Shown here piece by piece: positions 49,302 through 64,000 of a DNA stretch of 64,000 nt. Source of the stretch: Lytechinus pictus. Taxonomy: Eukaryota. The stretch spans positions 24,182,001 to 24,246,000 of the forward strand of contig NC_087245.1 of NCBI RefSeq assembly GCF_037042905.1, given 5' to 3'. Positions within the stretch are counted from its first letter, which is position 1. The number at the start of each line of letters is the position of its first letter. The notes under the pieces are model-generated. The model searched no databases, had not been told where the DNA came from, and was given only the letters and a program-made list of their open reading frames with translations. The translations under genes were made by a program, and so were the position numbers.

Positions 49302-52138
49302 TCATCAACTACGGCATCAGTTATTTTCTTCTGCAGTTACCACTCGATGACCAGTGTGGAACACATCTTGCTTTCGCTTTGAGAAATCTCCAGAGCATTG
49401 GCGTGCACGGAGCTTGTGGGAAGGACACACCATGAGGTAACTGATGTCTGATTGTTCCCAAAGTCACAAGTAATTTCTCTGTAATAAAGTCCGTTGCTGC
49501 ATGAGGACTCGACGTTAGTCTGTTCAAGACCATTGGCAATGCAGACTTGCTCAGGTAAGCCAGGCATGCCTCTTCTGGTCACTTGAACCAATGGAAGTGA
49601 TTCACTTGGCCTGTAAGGAATGCTCATGTGGCACTGATGGGAGCTGGTTAGCTACATGTTTGTGGCCATCCTTTGTCTAAGGGCTGTGCGATCATCTGAT
49701 TGAGAGTTTATCATACATGTACCTATTGCATTTGTTGTACATGCTCAGCAGCTTGAAGATAAATGACCAAGATGCAAACAGGTGTTTGTTTTTTCATGTT
49801 TGAACATTCTCTGCCCTGTATTGGTATTATTGCTTGATTATAAATAAACTACCAACTAATATTTTGTAATAACTTATTTAAATATATAAAAAAGAATTAT
49901 TCCTAATTTCTTATCCATATTTTTTGATATTGTACTATATGGCATTTAAGTCTTGAATCATTCATATTGAAGTGGCTCTAAAAGGACTGATGGTATGTCA
50001 TTGGTGATAACATCAAAACCGTATCCAGCATCAACTATGACAAAGAAATTTATGGGGCCCATGCACAAGCATAATAGAGTCACTGTTTTCCCCAAACAAA
50101 TTGGGCCTATGAAATGGGGTCTTATGGCTGGATGTGCCCCTACCTGGATCCGCCACTGGGTTAGTCAGATGTATTGAACACCACTTACCTCCTGATTTGT
50201 ACCCATGTCATGACTGAGCAGGGCAAAGCTAGCATGAGACTCATTAATAACCAAGTATTCCAGAACTCCATAACTAAAGGTAGACTGGATATAACCTATT
50301 AGCGCTTTTGTTGGGGCATGTTTTTTATTCTAATATGTTGTATTCAGCCTAAAGCAACTTTTCAAAAGTCTGAGTTACGTCTTGAAGCAGGAATCCCGCA
50401 ATGAAGGCACTACAAGTCTTTTCATTGTGGCTTTCCAGCATTCCCCATTATTTTGTCCATTATGAACAGTGAGGATTTGTAATGGCAATTCCCTTTAATA
50501 CAGGAGTTCTGCAGGAAAAACGAGGTGCTGACTTTTGGAAAGGCGCCTTACATGTGCAGGTGTATTGAACAATTTAGAGCTGATCTCTAGCTGTTGATAA
50601 CCCTTAAAATACGGTCACATAGGTTCATACGAACACATCGTTCATACAAAACTCACTGGTCATATGAATTCTGGAGTTCGTAGTTGGGGCATACATGTAG
50701 ATTCTTATGGCCTTGATATCAACCTAAGACCTTGAGAAACAAAATTATTTTCGGATACTACTCTACATTCATAGGTTTTTCGTAAGAATTATTTTGTCAG
50801 TCTTCCGGCCATCTTACGATTTCTGTAGCAAGATGATCTAACATGCACCTATCAGCAATCTCAAATCATTTGTAAGATTTACTTTACAGTTGCAAAAATT
50901 GTTGTCTGCCTTACGAGTCTTTGAATGCCTTACAACCGCTAAAGAGTCATTTGCAAGAGCGCCGTATGAACCTCTTTTCATAAGGCGTTCTTACAAATGC
51001 TGTATGAGCCCTCGACAAACAACTTACGCCGTTCTTACGATCATCGTAATAGTTTTAAGTCTTCTAGAATTGTCTCTCAGTCCTACAAAATCTTGCATGG
51101 TTCTTTAACATTTGTGCAGAGCCTGCTTTACAAAGAGGGGGTTTTCTACAATGTTTAAAACAATCATGGACCATCTACTCAATCTGCGAACTTACAAATG
51201 GTCTGTGAACGCTAGCTTTGTACGGCCTTCTTGAGAAGATCATTCCATGGTATAAAAATCGTCCATACTGAGTTTGTAGCAGTTCTTAATGGTATTTTGT
51301 GACCTACATGTAGCCATTAAGTGAAAATGGTATTCAAATAAGTCTAATAGTGTGTATTCAAGGTATTTTATCTTATGTATCACAGAATTGGTTTTAATGA
51401 CACAATTTATGTCGGGAGCCAGATATTTATACACGTATTATAATTTTATATCCACAGTACTCAGTATACACTCCACTTTGTATTCCAACCCCATTCCTTT
51501 TCCAGAATAGAATCTTGCATGATTCTATCGTGATTATTCAAAAGATGTATTTCATTACTTAATTTATTACTTAAAATTGTATTCTATATGTATGGATACG
51601 TACTCTCTTTGAGTAATTTGTATATAGGCCAATATAGTGTATAATTCAAAAACATTCTCTGTAACTCATGTTTGTGTGAAGTTTGGGAAGTAATACAAAC
51701 ATAGTGTCAATTATTATTGTGTGCCGGTTCACTAATCTTGTGGGGTCTTTTTTAATCAAGTTTTGTATATATGTAGCCCATTCCTTCAATTTGGAAAAAA
51801 ATGTTACAAAACTGCATTCAGATTTATAGCTTAAGCAGAATTTATAACATCAAACCTGACTACTTTGGCAGTTCATTGCCAAAGTTTCCCAATCTTGGTG
51901 CACATATAGCTAATATCACTTAGACTTCAAGAATGATAGCTTTGAAATATCTTGTTTGACTATTTATTTATTAATATATAATAACTTATTACCTGTATAT
52001 GTCAAATTCTCATGAAAATCTAATGTTTACAATTTGCTTTATTGTTTTCAGCAAGTTTGTTATAACAGCTTTATTAGTCAACATCTCTTTTATCATAGAT
52101 GGCATAGGAGGAATCAAATTTGTCATATTTTATTTGCT

Positions 52139-53586
52139 TTTTAGCTTATGCCGTGGCGTGGCGTCCGTTGTCTGGCGTCTGACGTCCCTCCACAATTTCA
52201 AAATGCTTCTTCGCCATTTCAAGTCCGATTTCAATTCTGTTTGCTTTATATGATAGCACTAGGTGGGGGATTCAAAACTTCTACACAGAATTTTGAAACT
52301 CATTAAATATGCTAATTCATGCACATTTTTCAAAATTCACATAAAATGCTTCTTCTTTATTTGTTGACCGATTTTGATTTTTTTTCTTCCATCTGGTAGA
52401 GCTTCATGAGGTTCACCAAACTTCTACACAGAATTTTGAAATTTGGAGTAGAAAATTATTTATGCTAATTTATGCAAAATTCATAAATCACAGAAAATGC
52501 TTCTTCTTTATTTGTTGACAGATTTTGATATTTTTTCTTCCATCTGGTAGAGCTTCATGAGGTTCACCAAACTTCTACACAGAATTTTAAAATTTGGAGT
52601 AGAAAATTATGCTAATTTATGCAAAATTCATAAATCACAGAAAAATGCCTCTTTATTTGTTGACTGAATTTCAAAATGCTTCTTCTTCGTCATTTCAAGT
52701 CTGATTTCAATTCTGTTTGCTTTATGATAGCATTAGGTGAGGAATTCAAAACTTCTACACAGAATTTTGAAACTCATAGAAAATGCTAATTTATTCATAT
52801 TTTTAAAAATTCACATAAAATGCTTCTTCTTTTTTAATTGGTGACCGATTTTGATTTTTTTGCTTCCATCTGGTAGAACTTAATGAGGTTCACCAAACTT
52901 CTACACAGAATTTTGGAATTTTCAGTAGAAAATTATTTATGCTAATTTATGCAAAATGTATTCATAAATCACAGAAAATGCCTCTTCTTCTTTATTTGTT
53001 GACCAATTTTGATTTTTTTTTCTTGATCTGGTAGAGCTGCATTACATGTAAGTTCACCAAACTTTAACACAAAATTTTGAAATTTTGTCTAGAAAATTAT
53101 TAATGCTAATTTATGCAAAGTTTATTCTTAAATCACAAAAATCATTTTTTCTTCATTTATTGATTTATTTCAGTTTTGTTTGCTTTATATGATATCTCGA
53201 GGTGGAGATACAAAATTTTAACACAGAATTTTGAAACTCATTAAATATGCTAATTTATTCATATATTTTCAAAACTCACAAAAAATATTTATTTGTTGAT
53301 TGATTTTTATTATTTTTGTTCCATCTGAGAGCTACATGAGGTTCACCAAGGTTCTACACAGAGTTTAGAAATTTTTACTAGAAAATTATTTATGCTTAAT
53401 TTATATGAAATTTATTCATAGATCACAAAAAATGCTTCTATGTCATTTCTTCATCAATTTCAATTCTATATCCTCAATTTATGTCACCAATGTAATTCAC
53501 TACAGTGTCAACTGGGCTGAAATTAAAATTGTGTTAAATTTCGTTGCGAGATGCCGGATGAGCTCCACATCATTGATTTGCTAGTA
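52139..53586 (+). mobile_element. Second Helentron-like non-autonomous family with ~115-bp internal tandem units
   Basis: 5' TTTTTAGCT..GGCGT repeats, tandem AAACTTCTACACAGAATTTTGAAA units, 3' GATGAGCT...GCTAGT. Confidence 0.6.
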
Positions 53587-55547
53587 TTGTATATCTGATT
53601 GATTATGCATACATGTACATGCACATTTGGGGGTCAAGATTTTCCATGCATTTGTTTTTAAATTCCTATATATTTCGTTATTTTGTAGTCCATTTATTAT
53701 TTCATACATACTTATTAACACAATCACCATTTATTTGATCTAATGATAAACATGGGGAATATAGTTTGGGAAGGACAATCCTTTAAAGGACAAGTCCACC
53801 CCAACAAAAAGTTGGCTTGAATAAAAGGAGAAAAATCCAACAAGCTTAACAGTGAAAATTCCATCAAAATCAGATGTAAAATAAGAAAGTTATGATTCAC
53901 TCATTTTCACAAAACAGTTATATGCACATCCTGGTCAGTATGTGAATGAGGGGACTGATAGACACCTTCTCTATCTTTTTTTTTTGTATAAAGCATAAAC
54001 TTGTGGTAAACTCAGATTGATCTGTTGATATTAAACTAAAACTATTTTTGAAATTCTTTGTACACAATTAATAACCTAAGAACTTAATCAAGACTAAAAG
54101 AACTTAAATGGAATTCAGCAGGAGAAAAATATCAGTGAAAGTTATGGCAAATATTAATGAATAGAAATAAAAGTCTTTCCTGTGTTTTGTTTGTCATATC
54201 TTGCATCACCTGTATGGGATTATTGTGTATTGATATTTTTGTATTCATTCATACATGTATTCAAGAATTTGTGTATTTGTAGAATTTTGCCATTTATTGC
54301 AAAAAAAATTTATATACAATTCTTTTACTATTTTTTTTAGATGTAACCTTAGCAAGGATGGATATGCTTAAGATCTGGAAGAGCACTTAAGTTAAAATTA
54401 TTTCAAGAAGCATCTGTTCTGTAGATATAATTGTCTACACAATCTATTTTTACCAATTTTCAATAACCAAATATCATTATTATCAAATAACTATGAAATT
54501 TCTTACCTTGTTATACATGTGTCTTTGTAATGTATGTCTTATAGTACTATGATCCCCCCCCCAGAAAAAAAAACGAAAAAAATTTAATCCATGTAAAGAT
54601 TGTTTTTATTTTTATTGGTATTTATTTCAGCATGTGTACCACAATATCTGTTGAATGTGTTTAATATAAATGTATGTAAAGTGTTGTGTGAATACATCAG
54701 ATTTGCAATTTGTTTTAATTATGTGTGCTGCATTATCCCAGAAGATGGGGATATAAACATCACCTCCTTCAGAAGTGAAGGGGCAAATTGTATGGGGGAT
54801 AAAAGAAGAATGATGGTGATGATGATTTAATAAAAATTACAGTTTTAATGATTTAATGTTATTAATGATAATAATAAGAACAACAAAAGTGATGATGAAA
54901 AAAATTATGATGATGATGATGAAAAAAATGATGATGATGATGATGATAATGATAATACTACTAATAATAATGTGTTCAGAATAGAACCATGGACCTGGTA
55001 CATGTACTTATGTTGGATTCAATAAAGACATGATTTCAACCAAGTTCAGTGATATTAGTAATAATATTTATGATAATAGTTATAATAATATATAAAATCA
55101 CATAATAATGATATCAGTAACAAACATTGTAATGATGGTGGTAATGATTGGGCTAATAACAATCTTGCAAGCTTTCTGTGCCCTTCTTTAGTCCGTTTGC
55201 CATATATACCACTTACATCTAACAGAAACTGGTAATTATGAAAACTTTGAACTACGGCATGCTGCTCATTTAATTTCTTAAATGTATTTTTTTTAATTGT
55301 GATACAGTGTTATAGTACATGTATGTATTCCATATTTTATTCATAAATCCTGTTCCAGTATGATCCATTCCAAAGTAAATAATAGTAATAAAAGTTGGAT
55401 TTATATGGTGCTACTTTTACCCCGGTTTTAGCTCGAGCTGCCTGTACTTTGTTGGTAATTTGTTTCTTTTATACATTTGCACTGCAGGTATTTCATGCTT
55501 CACAGGTGAACTTGCATGTTATAAAGATTTTTTTCTCATTAGGTGTA

Positions 55548-55730
55548 GAGGTGTTGTGGCTCAGTGGATAAGTCTCCAGGCTTTGAACCACAATGTCCAT
55601 GGTTCGTTTCTAACCACTCTCCACCCAGATGCAGTAAATGGGTACCTGATGTGGGTAGCCGTGCTAAAGCCGGGGTAATAGTATGCAGCACTTAAAAACA
55701 TTGTATTAAAGGCTATATAAGTGTTGCATA
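55548..55730 (+). mobile_element. Degenerate tRNA-derived SINE
   Basis: A box TGGCTCAGTGG (55557) and B-box-like GGTTCG (55601), followed by the SINE-core-like CTCTCCACCCAG..TAAATGGGTACC; no tRNA cloverleaf. Confidence 0.6.
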
Positions 55731-56490
55731 TTGTTATCAAATATTATGAGAGTAGATTCAATTTGTTGTCTCACATTTTAATGTGAACATGTTTGGATAC
55801 CCTTCTCAAGGCAGATACTTTTACTTATCACATTCGTCAGTTGAAATGTTATTGTTTTTTAATTCAGAACGTTATGATGAACCTTTGTATTGCCCAACAG
55901 TACGCAAATTGCAACACAGTACTAACTAAATAAATATGGATGATAATGGTAATTGTGTGTTTTGTGAGAATATTTATTTGAATGACCTACTCCTGTTGTG
56001 TTAACTATTGTTATGATTGTGTGTTAATGTTAAAAGGATACCCCAGGCTGAAAATTATACGATTTGAACAGATAACAAAGAATCGGACAAACAAAACACA
56101 GAAAATTTTCTTCAAAATCAGACAAGTTATGGGCTGGCATTTTAAAGTTTTGCATTATTGAGGTGAAACAGTTATGCATGTCTTTATGAATATACAATGG
56201 GCAGGCGGATGTCAGATACCCATTTGTTTTGTATTTGTTTTATGAAATTACATTAATTGAAATTTTGTCCTCCCAGATGGAAAAAATGGATTGATTAGAT
56301 GATTACTGATTCATTTAGTATGAATGAAATAAATTAGACAATAATACATACATGTATGACAATATGAAGTAATTCTGATTTCATGAAATAATATTTTTTT
56401 TAAAGGCAAGTGGGGACATGATATCTACAGCCCGCCAACTGCATAATCATATGGGCATACATATAAATGTTTTCACATTTGTGTCTCACC

Positions 56491-56527
<37 letters not shown>

Positions 56528-59500
56528 GGTTATAGAAATTAAATATATATATATATATATATACATACATACAATATTCAGAATCTATGCTAGTCCATAG
56601 TTATTGAAACGAAATTATAATTTTGTTTTCTGGCGACGGAGAAAAAAAAAACTGGAACGGAAGAGAAAGGGGGAGGAATAGGCCAATTAACGCGCATTTC
56701 AATGGGGCTAGTAGATTATAGGACCTATGAATTTTATTTTTTTGAATAGCTACTTTGCTATTCTTATATATCTGTACACTCACACTAGCACAAAGAAATG
56801 CAATGAAAATGTCTATTTTCTATGCAATGACCCATTTTAATGTGTTACTCATACATGTTATTTTCACTATATATGGATGTATACAAATCCTACCTGCATA
56901 TAGCCCAACAGTGAATGCAATGACAATATAGGTCCCTATCAATTTTAATATAAAGGTGTATGTAAATTTTGTGTAGATATCAGGATACCAGAACTGCCCC
57001 AAACATAATTACCAAATATCAAATATACATGAGATTTGATGAGGAAACAATAAAAGAATGAGATACTACTTTAGTATACTTGCATTTGACCTATTCAAAA
57101 TCTTCCTAGGGCTGTTGCCTCTCAAATGTAAGAAGGAAGAGATACATAAATAGATAGATAGAAAGAGAGAGAGAGAGAGAAAGAAGGATCATTTTATAGA
57201 TGGCATGGCTTAATAAAGAGGGGGGGCTATACTAAGATTGCAGCACACAGCCACCCCCCCCTCCTCCTTAGTTGAGCACTATTAGATACCTTACCTTACT
57301 ATGTGCCCTTTCTGAATTCCTTCTTGAAGGTACCACTCTAGTTCTCTTCAGTAAAGTTCTCAAAGTTCTACCTCCTCTCTACCTACCCCCTTCCTAAGAA
57401 CAATTTTAACATGAGCAATTTCTAAAGGTCTTTCTAATGCTAAGTAGGTGATGTACACTAACACAAAACAATGATAAATCAGAACATAAAGAGGCATTGA
57501 CTCTATACATTGACCAATCTACATACATTCCTAGGCTACACAGACCTACTAACTTTACCTGATGTAGCCCTGCTAGCCATTAAATCCATTTTTTGCACCA
57601 CTTGATGACTAAACATATTGATATCAGTGAGAAATTGTTTGCTACTGAACAGTTTGGCCAGGTATACCATCCACTACTAGGGATTTCCCATATTACTTAC
57701 AGGTGTCACGCGCGTAAAAAAATTCCCCATAGACTTGTGTGTTAAAATGGCACTTTTGAAAAATTCATAAAAAATAAATGTGAAATTAGAGGGTGGAATG
57801 TTTACTACCAATGGATAGGTTATATATCTGACATTCCAAATCTGACCAGGATAGGGTACCGTAGCCAGCTCATTTTAAAAATAAATCGCCATTTATGAAG
57901 ATAACTATGAATGGATCGAATTCATCAACTGAAACAGTAAAATAGCCCTAATTATTCCGCCAGTCAAAAAATAGTTCCAAGACACTTATTTATCTTCCCA
58001 ATTTGGGCGAAGGAAGTTCAGTAGTTACCATTTTTAGAATCAGTGTTAGATTTTGAATCATATTTATACATTTTTGACAATCAGCAATATCAAATTGACA
58101 AAAATTCGAATGGGTTGGGTCGAACGAATATCTTTAGCCCTCCTGATGTAATTAGGCCCGTGGAACCTAGATATTCATATGCTACATTCTGGGCCCCTAT
58201 GGACGGACTCCCACCAAATTTGGGTTGTGAACGTCTTTTAAGCTATAGCCTTAACTTTTTTTTTAATGATTATTTTTTGTTGACGTACTCTATTGGCATT
58301 AAAAAAAATATTACATATAGGCGTAAATTTTCTCTAATCTCTATACTTAAAATTCAAGTTAATGGAGGAGAGGAATTTTATGTAAAAATGTAAGATATAT
58401 ACTTTTTTTTACGTTTAAAAGAAAGAGAACACGGGAGAAAGACCTGAAAGGGGGATAGGGGATTGATAGGAGTGGGAGCTCAAGAGGTGAGAAGGGGGAG
58501 GGGTGGATTTGAATAATGGAAATGATGGGGGGATGGTGGAGGCAATTTTAAGACAATAGTGAATCACAACGATTTGATATAATACAGTCGATCCTTGGGT
58601 CCTTTGCATTTGAAACTTTATTACACCACTTAAGAAGTTTAAGCCAAGCTGCACATAATTATCAAAAACATAGTTCACTGCTATAACACACTATTAAAGA
58701 GTTACGATTGAGGCGATCAATCTCTTATGGAAATCCATCAATGTCATAATTCTTTCTTCAGGAAATTTGCTCAATGTCCTTTCAAAGCAAAGAGAAGCAT
58801 ACTGAATTTTCAAGAAAACAGTGAATGTATGAATACACGTCATTTCTATTGAGAAAATATTTTGAATAAACATGTATTTTAGATGTTTACGTTGCTGGCT
58901 TTCCATATTTGCGATTGATCGGATCAATCAACTCTTTGTAAGATGGGCGGCATGGGCCCCCAGAGTGTGGCTGTAGCATTCTAAAGTACATAGATCCAAT
59001 GTTAAAAGTACACATAGTGTCAAATAAATCAGATTTTTTGTAATTAAGTCTACTAAAGTACATGTAAAATATATGGATCAAGGTAAAAGTAGTAATATAT
59101 CACCAGACACTTAAATATCTCTTAATATAAGCATCCATCAACACAACTTATTGTTTGATACGCGGTGGTCATGGCGGTAGCACGGAAAACATACTAAGAA
59201 TTGGAGAAAAAGTTTGACATTGTATCTATAAGTGCATGTGTAAAGTTACGATGCAGCACCACCACCACCAATTATACATTATTATTATTATTATACATGA
59301 CGTCCATGGTCGCATTCAGCGGGGATGGAAAGTGGGGAATCCCCCCCCCCCCACGAAATTTTGAAAGCATCCATCTATATCCCACCCCCTACTTAAAAAA
59401 AAATCTTAGTTTAATTAAGGTAATTGCGACTTGTACGAGTATAAACCATCATGTTAATAACATGCAAATTCTTATGTAAATCAATGAAAGTTTCAATGTC

Positions 59501-60269
59501 AGACGGACAAGTTAAAAAAACTAAAAGCATTCATTTTAGTTACAAGCCACATACATGGACTCTCAAACTGTTTCCTTGAGTATAAAGTTACATAAATTAT
59601 ACGGCTTCATCATCTCTATCAAGTTTATTCTAAACCCTTTATAAGACTTGCAATTGCAATAATGAAATGCTTTGAAAAATACAATTATTAACAGTATCTG
59701 TTGTTAAGCGCAATATAAATGTTGCATATTAATATCATCATTATTCATTCAAGTGTCTCTCTTTATATTTACTTGGCTTTCATTTGTCTGTAAATTGATC
59801 AATAATAAATGCCGCATTTGGTGCCCATTAACTTTACTGATGCATGTTATATAATTATGATAAACTTTATGATTTCATATTGCTGACCATGACTGTGAAC
59901 GAACTGCAAGACAAGTGGATCGCCTCTGGCAGTCTCGCCTGCATTACGCGATTCAATATTAATAGTAGGTCAAACGGAGTCAGGCAATGTAACAAGACTT
60001 TAATCAAAACATGTAACATAAGCTTGGTATCATATCACCAAGTTTCCTACATGAAATAAAACTGCATAGTGTTTTTTTAAGTTTATAATCAAGGACAGAA
60101 TCATACACTGTAAATAATGTATTTCAAACAATTTCCGGTTTAGACTTCTTCAAAACAAATTCACATGTTAGACAAGTATCCAATTAGACAAATTTGACAT
60201 TTTACATCATCCTAACTCCACTACATTTTGTTCTCTCATTCATCTACCAGTCTGATTTTCCCTCTTTAG

Positions 60270-61030
60270 TCTCAACTGCATGTTCAGTTTTCCTTGCATT
60301 TAGAATGACACAATGTTATTTACATTATGATACACGATAAGTGGTAAGTGCTTACCCTAGAGCATAGTGGCCCCGATTTAAATCCACATGGAACAAGTTC
60401 TGATAAATATTCCTTAGGAGTAACTAATGTGCTATGTACAGGTACAGGAGTGCCCTCCTAACTTATACTTCCCATCCATACATGGGAGGCAAGTTCCAGG
60501 GGAGTCATTCTGATCAGTTGCTCTCCAGATCAAGCTCCTGAGGAAGAGCACCTTTGATAATCATGCTCTTTTGCTGACTTGTCAGTTGGGGGTAAGCTCA
60601 TGATCTTTGAAGCACCTGTCTTCTTGCTAAATAATGTGAAGTAGTACTAAGTAATTTTAGAGAGACCATTACAAGTGTTATATTAGTTAAGAAAGATGAA
60701 TACTAGTAGTATAAATATTTCACCTTTAATTGATCCAGTCCACTTCTTCAGCATCGGACTCTATATATTAAGATCTTCTTCGAGCAGCAAGTTTATAGTG
60801 GAAAACTTTCCCTTGCCAAATTGACACAACATAGTATTACAACCTGATTAGGGAATTATCTGTGCAAAGCTGGCATTTTTCTCCAAACTTCAATGCGATA
60901 CCTTTAATGTTAATTACTTTTCCATCAGTATGCAAAAGACTTAATTGTAAACCCAAAATGAGAACACTGGTAGAACAGAAATGTTAGTGTCGTCAGAGAA
61001 AAAATATACATGCATCTACTGCCATTACAT
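60270..61030 (-). mobile_element. Degenerate Academ-like transposase relic (PIN/XPG-like and Cys-rich C-terminus)
   Basis: Minus-strand motifs in the expected order: SDDTNISVL, SGCNTMLCQFGKGK, SLPPTDK, LIWRATDQ, YGWEV, ELVPCG..C. Many stops and frameshifts. Confidence 0.6.
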
Positions 61031-63667
61031 CTTTAGAAGATAGCTGATAGTATTTGGAACAGGACATTGAGCCTACGCCGTACTTGTCGATACACTGTCA
61101 GCGTCACCCTGTTCTTAATGCAGTTGCTGGTCGGCCGTCGAATCGCGTATTTCATAGTTCATAGTGTGAATCAAAGTAACACAGAACTGGCAGAGGCATG
61201 TAGTTGAGATTGTTGGTGAAGGGGAAAATCCTATGAGCATCCGGTCGAAGAAGTATGGTACAGAGGGTAGTTGTGAGAGGAATATAACAGGACGTGGTGT
61301 AAAATGTTAAATTTGTGTAGATTATTTGGAATCCCATGGAATGATTTGACACAAAATGATAAATTAAACGTTTTGTATAAAGTCCTGTGAAACTCGAGCG
61401 ATCTTCAACTTTTCATGCGTGTAAATGACCCAAAAGGTCATCTTTACATGTGCTTCATTTTTGTTGTAACCTCTATGTTAAGTCCATTTTCCATCAGCTT
61501 TAATTTGATACCAAACATGATATGTTTATTTTGTACATTAGATAAGTCATAATTAAGAGGTTGACCTGTGTAAAAAGGATATAGTGTGGTTTATAATTAT
61601 AATGTCATAAAATGACGTTGCCCAAGGTTGCCAAAGTAGCCGAGCTTCGTCAGATTCTTAATCTGCACATCCTCAACATAACTTTCAGCCAAAAACAGAC
61701 CTACATAAATAATGCCCAATTGTTTGTATTCCAAACATGATATATTTCACATTATTTGCTGCATTACTTACATTTGTGACCCAATTTGACCTTTTATGAC
61801 CTTAAATGACCTTTAATTGCCCTGGGCATGTTTTAAATGCGTTGCGATTCATATTATGTGGATTTTATTTTGCATTTTATTTAATGTGATTTCAAACATG
61901 ATATGTTTATTCCGCTAAATAGAAAAGTCATATTTAAGAGGAATGTAACTGAAAGAGTTGGTGTGGTTTATGACGTGTGAAAAATGAAATTCCTCAAGAT
62001 GCCAAGGTAGCATCCATCGGATTCTTAATATTCACACTCTCAAACTTAACCTTTGCAAAGAAATGCATATAATACCTAACTTGTTTGTATTTAAACCATG
62101 GTATGTTCCGCATTATATTTGTAAGACAATTTGACCTTTTATGACTTTAAACGACCCATAACTGACCTATTCGTGATTTAAATGCCCAGTAATTCATATA
62201 TTTGCATTTGATTTTACATTAGCTTAATTTCATACCAAACATGACATGTTAATTCCGTAAAATATGAAAATCATATATAAGAGGTATGTGAAAAAGTGGG
62301 CGTGGCGAATGACGTCAATTAGAAAAAATGCCCAAGGGTGCCCAGGTGGCACCCGTAGGATTCTTGGAGTAGACACCCTATACTACAACTTCCAGCAAAA
62401 AAAATCGCAGTCATGCCCAACTTGACGGTTATGTTGGGGTTCTACTTGACTACTTGTTTTCATTAGCAATATCAGCACTGGGTCTCTCGTAGTTACTTGT
62501 CGATGGCTGTTCTTCCTGTCTGTTTGGCTTTCGGCTTCACATATGCGTTACCTTTCTCTTTTTGTCTGTATGCGCCACCCTACTTTCCGAATTGCTGAGG
62601 GCATCTTCAAGGAAATTCAGCAACTCAATACTTTTTTCTTCATCTTCCAAGCAATTGTTTTTCGTGTAATTTTCGAAAAAGTACACGTTCTCATTTACAT
62701 CTTGGGTAGCAAGTTCTGTTTTGATGTCGTATCTTTCCGATTCGGTAAGCGATGCTGCATGGGTAATAACGATCATTGGGGGATGACCTGGAATGAGCAT
62801 ACACAAAAACACTAACTTTGTATTTCTAGAAATCATAATTACCCATTTCAAACTTTTCTTTCAGACCAATATTAAGAATATCTAATAATGATAATAATAC
62901 ACAGTTCTCGTGTAATAGAAACATGCCTAATGCCTCTACACGCTACCAAATATCCTCGGTGGCTGTTTCATCACGCATCAATCCTTCCCAAATTGTGAAA
63001 CTATACTAAAAATCCATTAGCCTAGGAATAGTTTATTGAGAAAATAATGAAAACAAATACATGTATCTGTAAGCAAAATTAGATAACATTTTGTTATCTA
63101 ATTTGAAAATTGTGTCAATAAATCAATAAACTTAGTAAGGAAGCATAAATGTTTACAATGGTTTCAGCACACGAATTATTCCCCTCACGTGAAAGTCCTT
63201 AATTCAAAGGCCGCTCAAGACATTTTGACAAAGACACTTGAGTATCGGAATAATGCTGCCAAATGATAATTTCCTCGATGTTTGTTGAAAAAAGTTATGT
63301 TATGTGTTTTAAGGGGAGCATAGTTTTATCATGCTACAAACAACTTGATGCTTATTTATAGCCAAGTAGACCTCATTGCTTATTTATAGTCAAGTAGACC
63401 TCATAATTAAGTCGATCATTAACATCACATCTTGTCGAATAATCACTGAGGTTGCTCGAAACCACTGTGATTACCTTTGCCACCCTTTAGTGAGATTTTT
63501 ATAAGATCTTATATGTGATTCATGAATGAGATCCAATCATCTGCTGGGCTAATTTTGCATTATCGGCATAATTTGTCTGCTTGTTTTGAGGCGGGGCAAA
63601 GAAGCAAATACATTTTGAATGTCATATGCCTCAACGGTTTCAGGGTGTCGAGAGTAACAATACCATA

Positions 63668-64000
63668 CCGGTAAATTGCCAATTCGTCTACTGCCAACTC
63701 GTCCACTCACGACATGGTCTACTTTCATTTAGTCTTATGCCATTCCGTCCATCAACATTTCGTCTAACAACCATTTGGTCCATTAACCATTTGGTCCAGT
63801 CATCACTACGTCTAATCACCATTTCGTCTATGACAGTTTCGTCTCATAACCAGTTGGTCTAATATCCATTTCTTTTTCATTCATTTTGCACAATTCAAAA
63901 CTTAGTCCAATGAGACCACATGGTATATAGACTAAATGGCTATTGGACCAATTGGTCATTAGACGGAATGGCATTAGACTAAATGAAAATAGACCATGTG
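63668..64000. repeat. Element made of short ~15-16-bp (T)CGTCTA/GGTCCA units, partly inverted; truncated by the window end
   Basis: Periodic ATTTCGTCTA/ATTTGGTCCA units, then the reverse-complement TAGAC/TGGAC units. Confidence 0.55.

Noticed and set aside
55548..55620. tRNA gene
   Set aside because: A and B boxes are present but there is no acceptor stem or cloverleaf, and SINE core follows
56600..59100. Possible decayed LINE on the minus strand
   Set aside because: Only vague motif resemblance; cannot be supported without a search

Overview
Eukaryotic, AT-rich, repeat-dense animal genomic DNA; the repeat families suggest a marine invertebrate such as a sea urchin (inference). Two spliced genes can be built by hand on the + strand. 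(1) RPS8/eS8: 6 exons, 23405-35868, 208 aa, with a 5'TOP/TCT start and a Staf/ZNF143-like promoter site. Its introns 2, 3 and 4 each carry a box C/D snoRNA homologous to vertebrate SNORD46 (U46/U40; yeast snR63). Two of the three copies also have a second (D') guide complementary to a different conserved 28S rRNA segment. (2) An uncharacterised ~407-aa single-pass Ser/Thr/Pro-rich (sialomucin-like) membrane protein, 46243-49301, ending in a class I PDZ-binding motif. The rest is a 3.4-kb 30-bp palindromic satellite, nested Helentron/Tsp-pearl-like elements, many MITEs (TTAA, TA and 8-bp TSD types), decayed Tx1/L1 and Academ-like transposon relics, a SINE remnant, an 891-bp tandem duplication in RPS8 intron 2, a pseudogenised ORF near the left edge and a candidate first exon of a minus-strand gene. 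Most ORFs in the supplied track are spurious. Family assignments are from recalled motifs, not database searches.
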